DNA of 32,000 nucleotides from NCBI GenBank assembly GCA_000503875.1, contig CP006913.1, positions 690,001 through 722,000 on the forward strand, given 5' to 3'. Position numbers and translations under genes: made by a program. Each line of letters starts with the position of its first letter. Within the stretch, counting starts at the first letter, position 1. The notes below the pieces were generated by a model that searched no databases, was not told the origin of the DNA, and saw only the letters and a program-made list of their open reading frames with translations. Source of the DNA: Candidatus Saccharimonadota bacterium. GTDB taxonomy: Bacteria; Patescibacteriota; Gracilibacteria; Absconditabacterales; Absconditicoccaceae. This document shows positions 22,902 to 32,000 of this stretch, piece after piece.

Positions 22902-23045
22902 GACAAATAAATATATCACAAGTGAACGCTTAAATTTTAGGTAAAAAATACGGCCGTAAGCAAAAGATACATGGAGCCGGTTTGTTTGTAGATTTTAGTA
23001 TTTTTTGCCGTGAAGAAATTTAATGTGAACGATGATATATTTATT
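22902..23045 (+). repeat. Structured intergenic repeat, copy 3 of 3 (longest; carries internal insertions)
   Basis: Outer arms GACAAATAAATATATCA / TGATATATTTATTT and left arm GTGAACGCTTAAATTTTAGGTAAAA flank the core ACATGGAGCCGGTTTGTTTGTAGATTTTAGTATTTTTTGCCGTGAAGAAATT. An extra CGGCCGTAAGCAAAAG segment is present. The copy lies between two minus-strand genes. Confidence 0.7.
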
Positions 23046-23079
23046 TAGGTTTTTAAAGAGTTATCTTTAAAAAAGTAAT

Positions 23080-23808
23080 TTAAGAAAAAATTTTAATCTC
23101 CCCTTCTTTCAAATCACCCAATTCAACTTTTCATTCACGAATCCTCACCAAATCTTCTACATGGTATCTAAGCGTACTCATCATTCTTCTAATATGTCTT
23201 TTCTTTCCTTCATTCAAAACAATTCTCATCACACACGAGGCTGACTTTACAAGATTTGGTAATAAATAATGCTCATATTTTTGATATGACGTAGGATCCA
23301 ATGGATGACATTCAACACATTGCAAAAATTCATCTTGATCATGAATTCCCGCCAAACAGGTTTCAGCATCTTGCTTACGAAACGATTTATTTAAGGTAAC
23401 CAGGTATTCTTTGGTTATTCCGTGACGAGGATGTTCATATTGATCAACCATTTTGGGATCATTCGTCATCAAAACGAGTCCACGACTTTCTCTATCAAGC
23501 CTTCCTATATAATACCAGCCATGATATTCTTTGGGAAGAAGTTCATAGATGATAGCATTATGCGGATCTGCTTTTGAACAGACATAGCCTATCGGCTTAT
23601 GAAAAGCCAGGAGATGAGAATCAGTTTGGTCTGGCGTTGTTCCACAACGCCAACTTTTTTCCTCACATACGACCTCATCTCCTTCTTGAATATCTATTCA
23701 ATAAGATTCAACCTTTATTTCATTCAAAAAAATCTGGCCAGCATCAATAGCTGCTATAATCTTTCTCCTAGAAAATCATTGTTGTTGCAAAAATTCACGT
23801 AATTTCAT
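23080..23808 (-). CDS. Pseudouridine synthase, RsuA/RluB/RluF family, with N-terminal S4 domain
   Basis: MKLREFLQQQGFSRRKIIAAIDAG (S4), HKPIGYVCS, YIGRLDRESRGLVLMTND (catalytic Asp motif), EGKKRHIRRM, and the C-terminus VRIREGKVELGDLKEGE. Track ORF 23131..23472 extends on both sides. Confidence 0.85.
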
Positions 23809-23833
23809 AATTTTATTTTCAAAATAAACAAAA

Positions 23834-23853
23834 AAAGCCGACGAATCGGCTTT
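23834..23853 (-). terminator. Rho-independent terminator of the small lipoprotein gene
   Basis: AAAGCCGA-CGAA-TCGGCTTT. A T-run follows the stem on the minus strand (plus-strand A run 23827-23836). Confidence 0.8.
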
Positions 23854-23888
23854 CTTTTAATGTTTTAGTACTCAGTTTCAACTGAAAA

Positions 23889-24107
23889 TTATTCAGCAGC
23901 TGGAACTTCAGGAGTTACTTCAACAGCAGGAGTTTCAACAACAACTGGAGTTTCTTCAACAACTGGAGTTTCTTCAACAACTGGAGTTTCAACAACTACT
24001 TCTTCAGCAATAGGTTCAACAACAACTTCTTCAGTTGGATTAGTGTTTACACATCCAGCCAAAATAACTGAAGCAGTAAGAACTACTAATGTTAATAACT
24101 TTTTCAT
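23889..24107 (-). CDS. Small secreted lipoprotein with E/T/P/V-rich repeats
   Basis: The internal ATG 24105-24107 of track ORF 23889..24233 gives MKKLLTLVVLTASVILAGC, a signal peptide plus lipobox. This is followed by (ETPVVE)n. 72 aa with no TGA. Confidence 0.75.
   Translation of the reverse strand: MKKLLTLVVLTASVILAGCVNTNPTEEVVVEPIAEEVVVETPVVEETPVVEETPVVVETPAVEVTPEVPAAE
23911..24000 (-). repeat. About 5 x 18-bp tandem repeat inside the lipoprotein gene
   Basis: GGAGTTTCTTCAACAACT is perfect at 23947-23964 and 23965-23982, with diverged units on both sides. Confidence 0.85.
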
Positions 24108-24294
24108 AACAATAATTTTACAAAAATAAAAATTTAAACGCAGCCAATATAGAAAAAAAGGAATCGTTTGCAAGAGATTTATTTTATTTTTTCGACTTTT
24201 TTTAAAAATCAAAGGAAAAAGAAAGGAAAGCATTGAAAAATGCCTACAAAAAATATATAAACTAAAAAACTTATTTTTTACAAATAAAAAAATA

Positions 24295-26547
24295 ATGGAT
24301 AAAATACAATTCTCACAAAAAACACAGGAAATACGTACAAAATATAATAGAATACATAAAATTTTGTTTACATACGGAGTATTTTTGCTTATTGCTTTAT
24401 TTGCTATAATAAAAGTTTACGCTATTTTATCGTCAGAAAAAGATGAAACAGCGAATGAAAACCCATTAAAAGTTCAAAAAGATATAAAAATACAAGAATT
24501 TATAAATAAAGTTGATTTAATACAAAAACAACAAACATTGACAGGATCAATAGCTCTTGGTCAATTTCAAGAAACTAAAGATTATATAGAATCATTCAAT
24601 AATCTTCTCTATTACAAATGATTTGTTATACCAAGATTTTTTTGGATATCAAAAACAGCACCTCTTCAATCAATAGAATACTTTAATAAATGAACATATA
24701 CGGTTGATGAATTAGATATATTATTTAAAAACATATTCATAGGAAGCAACAAAAACACTAGTCAACCACCAAGAAACATTTCTTTTCCTCTTACAAAAGG
24801 AATTATCGAAGAATTTAATCTTCAATGTCTATTCCAATCAAAAATAAGTCCCCTTATTTGTAATATATTTATTTCTACTTTTTTAGATGAGTTTTTTGTT
24901 CACGCTATAGAAACAGATAATGATATCTTTTTTACAATAATAAATAAACTTTTAAAAGAAAAAAAATATAACGAAAAATGATGTAAACAATTATTATATT
25001 ATACGTATTACACAGAAAAAGAAAATAATACAACAGAAAGACTACTCGAACAGTGCCATCCAAGTTATAAAGAGAAATATAGATTGTTTATAGACTTTTC
25101 TGAAGTCCAAAAAGAATTGTTTAGTAAATTTATCAGCAACAAAATATACAAAGATGAAACAATTAATGTATATAAACTAATTTCATTTCAACAGATAATC
25201 AATGACGACATTACCAATAAAATAATCAATATTGATCGTATTAATTGATATTTCAGCTTTCTTCAAGAGCTTTTAAAAAGAGATAAAATTTGACTTTTTT
25301 ATAAAGAATTGACTTATTTTTTCAATAATTATTATCTGAAAAAAGCAATAGAAAACATAGAAATAACAAGCAAAATAGCAAATAAAACAGAGATTGATAT
25401 CATTGCAAAACAGATTATAACAATAAACAATGGAAATCAGCTTATTTGATATATGTGATTAAGAGAACAAATCAACAAAAATATCTTAGAAACTGAACTT
25501 TCCCTTAGCCAAGAAGATAAAGAAAATGAAAGTTATGAGCAAAAAATAGAGAATTTATTATTACAAATCAAAGATATAGAAATTAAACAAAAATTCCTTT
25601 CAGGAAACAATATTCTTATTTATTGAATTCGAAAAATACAAAACAAGATAAACAATTCCAGTTTAGAAACCAAGACTATAAGTATTCCAACAAAACTACG
25701 ATTGGAAGAAAACAAAAATACATTAACATTAAAACAAATTGTATTAGAAGGTTTTAATGAAATTTCACAAACTATAAATAAATTAATAGAAACCCAAAAA
25801 CGATCTTTCGCAGATTTACAAAAATATATTTATCAAAATAGCTCTCTTTTTGGTACGGTTACTCCAATCAAAGAAGAAGAAGTAGAAATCATTTGTAAAG
25901 AACTTTCAAATACATTAACAGGTCAGGAAGTCAAAATTTGTAATAACAACAAAATAGATATCGATATTTTTCGAAAAAACAAAGTAATAACAATGACGAT
26001 AATACATACTAATTTTCTTCTTAACAAAATAGATGTTTCTGACGAAGAAGCGAAAAAACTTTTAGATGAATATCTCAAAGATCCTGATATTCTAAGTCAA
26101 ATGACCTATAGTAAAATAACTAAACTAGAATTTGTTTCTTTTTTACAAAAAACTATAGCTGGATTTATTTCTTTTATACCAAAAGACGATTGAAGTTTTG
26201 AATGATCATCAAATACCATAATTATCATAGAAAGAATCAAAAAATATTTAGGAATTCAAGTAAATGATATTGTAGAGAAAAATGACAAAATACTTATAGA
26301 TTTTACTATTACAGGAATTCCTTTTTTGTGATATTATAATATCCAAGAGAATAAGATAACGCCTATTTATTTTAAAGAAGCTAATACAACAAAGACCCCC
26401 GTTGCAATCAAAAACATTGCGCTAACATTATCTGATGAAGGAAAACCTTTCTTGAATTTATTCTTATTACAGCCATTAGAAATTATCAAACAATACAGTC
26501 CAGAAGAGTACCTTATTTATCAAAAATTTATTTCTGAAAAATATTAA
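24295..26547 (+). CDS. Large orphan protein with a single N-terminal TM anchor (750 aa)
   Basis: Track ORFs 24295..24621 and 25702..26193 share one frame that is continuous through about 13 TGA codons to TAA 26545-26547. One hydrophobic helix (ILFTYGVFLLIALFAIIKVYAIL). No motif that I recognise. Confidence 0.7.
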
Positions 26548-26548
26548 C

Positions 26549-27547
26549 ATGTATAAAAGATTTAGTTTAGCAGAAGTAAAATCAATCCAAAATAACTTTA
26601 TTCAAAATCTTTACAGCAATATAAAGAAAGAACGCTGCTTAGGATTGATGGATTTTTTCAAGAAAATTTTTAGGGATGGTTCTGATATTTATTATTGTAA
26701 TAGAACAGAAGTAAATTTTAGTTGTTCAAAAACAGAAAAAGATATTATAATTTTGAGGGATGAAAAGGAAAAAATTGAAGTAATCTTAGATGAAGAAAAC
26801 AAAAAAGAACTTCATAATATTATCAAAAATTTCATTATCAAAAAAGAAAAACAATTCTGACAAAAAACAATAGAACAAATACTTATGGATGAATTTACTG
26901 CATGAGGATTTAATATTATTGATGGAAAACCATACCTTGTATATGATATTGAAACAACAATAAGTGATGATATTAAAAACGCAAAATTTTTGTTATGATA
27001 TGCTATGTACCCAGCAGAAAACAACAAAATGCAATATGATTATATTGATCAAGACAATCTTGCCGAATTTGTACAAAAAATGATTGATTTTGATTGATAT
27101 ATTATAGGATATAACAACATTTGGTTTGATAATCCGGTTTGTGTATATAATTGCTGATGAACGCAAGAACATCTAAATGAAATAAACAGAAAAAGTATAG
27201 ATTTGTTTGTTTTATTATATAAACTTACAGGGAAAAGGCTATGATTAAATAAAGTTGCTACAGCTTTAGTTTGAATTCAAAAAACATTAGAATCTGGTTT
27301 AGAAGGAGAAACTCTTTGGAAAAAATATCAAGAAACAAACGATCAAAAATATCTAGAAGAATTTAAAGCATATTGTAAAAATGATGTAAGAATGACTGCG
27401 TTATTAATGCTTTACTTACTACATTTCAAAAAAATATTTATTGAAGGTGAAGAAAAAAGTTTTGATGATGAAGATTTTTTAAAGCTTTCAAATAGTACAG
27501 AAAAAGAGGTAAAAGAGGTTTCACAACAGGCTACTAGTTTATTTTAA
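26549..27547 (+). CDS. DEDDy 3'-5' exonuclease-fold protein related to the PolB exonuclease domain, with an unknown N-terminal domain
   Basis: The ATG lies 1 nt after the upstream stop. Motifs are ExoI LVYDIETT, ExoII IIGYNNIWFDNPV and ExoIII YCKNDVRMT. LGLNKVATALVGIQKTLESGLEG resembles the PolB-exo2-type families. The first 110 aa or so are unassigned. Confidence 0.65.
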
Positions 27548-27575
27548 TACAAATTTTACCTTTACGATTTAATAA

Positions 27576-28844
27576 ATGTTAGAAATCGAAAGAAAATTTC
27601 TGCTCAATGAAATACCCAACGACATAGCAACCTGTGAAAAACAGGAAATTTTACAATGATATTTCAAAGAAAACAAAAAGAACATCAGAGTAAGAAAAAC
27701 TATAAGTTATAAAAAAGGAAGAAAATATACAAGTTATACTATGACCAAAAAACAAGGAAGTGGCTTAATTAGACAAGAAATCGAAAAAAAATTATCGGAA
27801 AAACAATTTTGAGATTATCGAGAATTTGCAAAAACATATCAAATTAAAAAAACTCGCTATCTTTATCCACACAAAAAACAAATTATTGAAATAAATCAAT
27901 TTCATGATAAACTTGACGGATTACGAATGGCCGAAATAGAATTTTGATCAGGAGAAGAAAGCCAAAAATTTATTCCTCCTTCTCGATGTGATAAAGAAGT
28001 AACAGAGAGAAAAGATGCTAATAATAGCTATTTAGCTGTATATGGAATGAATAAACTAATAAGAAATATAAACTATCAGGATATTATTACTCGTTTTCAA
28101 TTAAAAAGTTTTTACAATCAAGAAGCCAAAAAATACAGTCAAACAAGAAAAAAACATCGAAGCGACGCTACCATGATTTTAGAAGCAATACAAAATCATC
28201 CAAACAAGGAAATAAAAATAATAGAAATCGGTTGTGGAAGTGGTAGATTATTACAACACCTTCAAGAAATAAACAACAAAAAGATTGACTATATAGGAGT
28301 TGATCTTTCAGAAAATCTATTGGAAGAAGCAAAAAAAATACCCATCAAAAACAACATAAAAACTGAATTTATATGTAGTGATATGGTTAGTTATTTAGCA
28401 GAATGTAGTCAAGAAGATATCGATATTGTTGTTTGAATTGCAAGTTTTCAACATTTAACAAATAAAAAACAAAGATTCTTAGCAGCAAAATATATTTATA
28501 GATGTTTAAAATATGAATGATTATTTTTAATGACGAATCGATCTTTTTCACTTCGAATGGTAAAAAAACATCGAAAAATCATAATAGAAAGTGTTGTTAA
28601 AAAGATTATTCATCGAAGTAAAAACGAATGGAATAATCTAATGATACCATGGCAATCAAACGATATGCTTCACAAGAGATTTTACCATATTTTCACCAAG
28701 AAAGAGTTGAAAAACATAATTACTCAAAGTGGTTTCGTTATAGAAAAGCTTTCCTATAAAACAAAAGAAGGCAAAACAACAGATAATCGAAAAGATGCAA
28801 ACAATACATTATTAATAGCCAAAAAAAATATTTTTATTCCATAA
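27576..28844 (+). CDS. CYTH (triphosphate tunnel metalloenzyme) domain fused to a Trm9-like class I SAM methyltransferase
   Basis: A single frame with no TAA or TAG from ATG 27576 to TAA 28842-28844. The N-terminal 157 aa carry EIERKFLL (ExExK), IRVRK, RQEIEKK and MAEIEF, and end NNSYLAVYG. The methyltransferase part follows immediately. It has YSQTRKKHRSD, IIEIGCGSGRLL, YIGVDLSE, IPWQSNDMLHKRFYHIFTKKELKN and NTLLIAKK. Confidence 0.7.
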
Positions 28845-28854
28845 TATTTTCACT

Positions 28855-29415
28855 ATGAAAAAAAATTTACTTATTATGTTGTTTGTTTTGACTTTATTGC
28901 TTACCTGATGTAGTAAGCCAGCAAACAATGAAATTGGCGGAGAAGAAACAGAAAAATCCCAAAAAGAAACAATACTAAGTTATGAAAACAAACAGTACAG
29001 ATTAAAATTAGATTTTCCTTCAACACGAAATTTTAAAGAAAATGTATATGGAGCAACTGTTATGTTTTTTGCACCAGAAAAAAAGGATAAAACAACAGAA
29101 AATTTGGGAATAACTGTTAAATTAATTGATTCATGAGCAAATTTAGAAACATTATATACAGACAACAAAAATATGCTCAAAGAAATCGCTGAAGACTTTA
29201 CAATAGAAAATGAAAAAAGCATCAAAATAGATAATTATCCAGCGAAACAAATTCAATACAGTTTTTCTCAATGAGAATACAAAATCAAGCAAGAACAAAT
29301 TATAGTTATCAAAGATGAAATTCTTTATATGATTGGTTACACAGCTACACAAGATACATTTGATGATTACAAAAAAGAAGTTAATGCTATAATTGAAAGT
29401 ATACGTATAAGATAA
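28855..29415 (+). CDS. Lipoprotein (possible PsbP/DcrB-like fold)
   Basis: MKKNLLIMLFVLTLLLTGC is a signal peptide plus lipobox, and the lipobox Gly is a TGA codon (28906-28908). 186 aa. Stop is TAA 29413-29415. Confidence 0.7.
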
Positions 29416-29865
29416 TTACAATAATCCCAATTGCCACATCACAATAGCTGAACTTTGTCCAACATTCAAAGATTCTTTGATTCAATTCATAGGAATAAAA
29501 ACAACATCATCAACTTGTTTCAATGTCTCTTCAAGAACACCATCTACCTCATTTCCAAAAACTACAGCAATACCCGATCAAGAATTAGTATAGGTATTAA
29601 CTGGGATTGCTTGCGGAGTAATTTCAGCAGCCAAAACAGTAAGACCCAATGCTTTTGCTGCATCAATAGCTTCTTTCGTAAAACCAAATTGCTTCAGATC
29701 TACGTGATGTTGGGCACCAAGCGAAGTTTTAGCAACTTTAGGAATATCAAAAGGTGAAGGACTATATCCCGTCAACCACACTTTCCATCCCAAAGCATCT
29801 GCTGTACGAATAATATTTCCTACATTATAAGCACTACGTATATTTTCCAATATTACAACGTTCAT
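29416..29865 (-). CDS. SpoU/TrmH-family RNA 2'-O-methyltransferase (TrmL-sized)
   Basis: MNVVILENIRSAYNVGNIIRTADALG, VVFGNEVDGV and IPMNGIKESLNVGQSSAIVMW are SPOUT motifs 1-3. Track ORF 29578..29865 extends through one TGA to TAA 29416-29418. Confidence 0.85.
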
Positions 29866-29985
29866 AACAAAATTATCATATAATAAAGTCTGATTTTTTT
29901 ATCGTTTAGCTTCCCATTTGCAAGAACAGCTTGTTTTTTATAGAAAATTATACATAAGTTATACATAAATAAAAAATTATATCTT

Positions 29986-30207
29986 ATGGAAATATTGTTT
30001 TTAGTATCATGTATTATTGTATCAATAATTTTAATTTTCGATACAGCTGTGGTTTTGTTAGCCATAATTGTAGTATTAATGTATTTTAGAATACTAAGAT
30101 GGACAGGTGCAAAACAATTTTTAAAAGATTTTATAATAAAAGATCTTATCACTGTATCCACATATAAGTGGATAATATTAAAAAACGAAACTATAAAATT
30201 ATGGTAA
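29986..30207 (+). CDS. Small hypothetical 2-TM membrane protein
   Basis: 73-aa ORF with two hydrophobic helices. A clean terminator follows it. The overlapping antisense ORF 29862..30221 is less plausible. Confidence 0.45.
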   Translation: MEILFLVSCIIVSIILIFDTAVVLLAIIVVLMYFRILRWTGAKQFLKDFIIKDLITVSTYKWIILKNETIKLW

Positions 30208-30234
30208 AAATTACTTATCATAAATACAACTATC

Positions 30235-30256
30235 GCCTCAAATTGAGGCTTTTTTT
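30235..30256 (+). terminator. Rho-independent terminator
   Basis: GCCTCA-AAT-TGAGGC followed by TTTTTTT. Confidence 0.8.
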
Positions 30257-30319
30257 ATTATTTGAAAAATGAAAAATATTCTATATAGTATCGAATATAC
30301 ATTTATAATAATAGTATCC

Positions 30320-31270
30320 ATGAAACCAATAATCTGATTCGCCCCTATGGACGGGTTTACTGATGCGGCTTGCCGCAGTATAGCACAAGATATCCGAAAC
30401 GAGTATTGAGATAAAAACCAGTATGATTTTTTTCTATGGACAGAATTTATGACTGCTGATGGGTTTGTGAGAAATCGCGAAGGGGTAATTCATCATCTTG
30501 AAACAACACCCAACCAAAAGAATCTTATCGCACAGATTTTCGGAGGCAACGAGGAGACCTTACTTCAGACAGCAAAAACACTCGATAAAGAATATAAAAA
30601 CCGTTTCGTCGGCATCGAACTCAATATGGGATGCCCTGCAAACAATGTCATGAAAAGTTGAGGCTGAGCAGAACTTATAAAAGATAAAAAAAGATCATTA
30701 GAGATCATAAAAAATATAAGAAAAGCAATCGATATGCCATTTAGCATCAAAACAAGAACAGGAATAAACGAACAAGACAAATTAAATCAGATGGAATTTC
30801 TTCTCCAAGCTAGCCCTTATGTCGATATGATAACAATTCACGCCAGAACTACTGCTCAAGGATATGGGCCAAATCCAGACCGAAATTTTATTTATCAACT
30901 CAAAGAACAACTTCCTAACCAAAAAATTATCGGAAACGGAGGAATAACAAATTACGAGGACATTGAGACAATGAGAGGGAATCTCGATGGGGTGATGATA
31001 GGGCAAGCCGCCATCGGAAACCCATGGATCTTCACTCCTCATCACCCCACCTCCCAAGAAAAATTGACAACAATTCTCAAACATATTGAACTTATAAAAA
31101 ATTTTTCAACAGAAGAAAATCTTGCACGTTCGCTTATGGAATTTAGGAAACACCTCTACTCATACGTAAAAGGAATCCCCGGCTCAAAAGAATTCAAAAC
31201 CACTTGCAATAGTCTCAAAGATTATCATTTACTAGTTGATCATATTACAAATTTCTTTTTTTGATTATAG
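30320..31270 (+). CDS. dus: tRNA-dihydrouridine synthase
   Basis: MKPIIGFAPMDGFTDAACR, AQIFGGN, IELNMGCPANNVMKSGGGAEL (two Gly are TGA), SIKTRTG, ITIHARTT and GVMIGQAAIGNPWIF. Joins track ORFs 30449.. and 30734... Stop is TAG 31268-31270. Confidence 0.9.
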
Positions 31271-31296
31271 AAAAAAGAGCCATTAGGCTCTTTTTT
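31271..31296. terminator. Bidirectional terminator between dus and rpsA
   Basis: AAAAGAGCC-ATTA-GGCTCTTTT, with A and T runs on both sides. Confidence 0.8.
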
Positions 31297-31314
31297 CTCT
31301 ATATATCTATTTAA

Positions 31315-32000
31315 TTATTCTGCTTTTGTTGCTTTTTTAGTAGTTTTTTTAACTGGTTTTGCTGTTTCTTTTTTTTCAACAGCTTTTTCAACTGATTTTT
31401 CTGTTTCTTTTTTTTCAACAGCTTTTTCTTCAGTTTTTTCTTCAGCTAATTTTTTAACTATATCTTCCAATCCTTTTTTGGATGGAGCAGCAACTTTCTT
31501 GATTACTGGCTTTTCTGCGGTGTAATCACCTGTTGGTTCATTTACCCCTTTCATACTAAGTCCAATTTTTCTATTTTTAGGATCCAATAAGATAATTTTT
31601 GCTTTAACAATTTGTCCAAGTTTTACTACTTCATTTGGATTTTGAGTAGATTTGTGAGAAAGTTCACTCAAGTGAATTAATCCATTGATATCTTGGAATA
31701 CTCTAATAAACACTCCATAAGGCACATATCTCACAACTTCTCCTTCGAGAATATCTCAAACTTTGTGATGTTTTGGTAATTCTGTCCATGGATCATCCTT
31801 CAATTTTTTACTAGAAAGAGATATCTTTCCATTTTCTAAACCAATAACCTTAACTTTAATCTTATCTCCAATTGTTCCCAAGTTATCTATGTTGTTAACG
31901 TGCCCATATGTAATTTCTGAGATATGAACCAATCCTTCAACAGTTCCTCCAATAGTAACAAATAATCCATATGAAGATATTCCACTCACAACTCCATCAA
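31315..32000 (-). CDS. rpsA: 30S ribosomal protein S1, 3' part (N-terminus outside window)
   Basis: Two S1 OB-fold repeats (GLFVTIGGTVEGLVHISEI and YGVFIRVFQDINGLIHLSEL) are joined through one TGA. The tail is K/E-rich with an internal direct repeat (EKAVEKKET twice). Stop is TAA 31315-31317. Confidence 0.85.

Noticed and set aside
29862-30221. 119-aa minus-strand ORF in the spoU-dus spacer.
   Set aside because: Its sequence is low-complexity. It overlaps the plus-strand 73-aa membrane ORF, and that ORF is followed by a clean plus-strand terminator. The plus-strand reading is more plausible, though neither is certain.

Overview
This is an AT-rich, gene-dense chromosomal segment written in genetic code 25 (UGA = Gly). 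That code is used by Gracilibacteria/Absconditabacteria (SR1)-type CPR bacteria. The supplied six-frame track assumes UGA = stop, so it breaks almost every real gene into pieces. I re-translated both strands by hand with UGA = Gly, and the pieces join into about 35 CDS. All but one of these end in TAA or TAG.

Layout:
- 1-9.2 kb: housekeeping and miscellaneous genes. These are a ZIP transporter, obg, rlmH, a truncated UGA-free uvrB, an orphan with a tandem repeat, a stand-alone FeFe-hydrogenase H-domain-like protein, rimO and a DJ-1/PfpI protein.
- 9.3-21.2 kb: a roughly 12-kb glycan island. It holds a cytidylyltransferase, 4 GT2 glycosyltransferases, a methyltransferase, a WbsX/GH99-like protein, a gmd-gmm-colD-like-fcl/colC-like module, rmlC, rmlD and a flippase.
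- 21.2-23.8 kb: rsmG, an SplB-like radical-SAM protein and a pseudouridine synthase.
- 24.3-29.4 kb: a tightly packed four-gene operon of poorly characterised proteins. These are a 750-aa orphan, a PolB-exonuclease-like protein, a CYTH-methyltransferase fusion and a lipoprotein.
- 29.4-32 kb: a SpoU methyltransferase, dus and the 3' part of rpsA.

Main items for follow-up:
- The CYTH-Trm9-like fusion operon.
- A three-copy structured intergenic element.
- A predicted GDP-colitose-type 3,6-dideoxyhexose module.
- A UGA-terminated ORF that runs straight into an intrinsic terminator.
- The truncated, UGA-free uvrB.

I found no rRNA, tRNA, CRISPR array, transposase or integrase. All coordinates and family calls come from manual translation and motif recognition. 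No database search was run, so family assignments are provisional.
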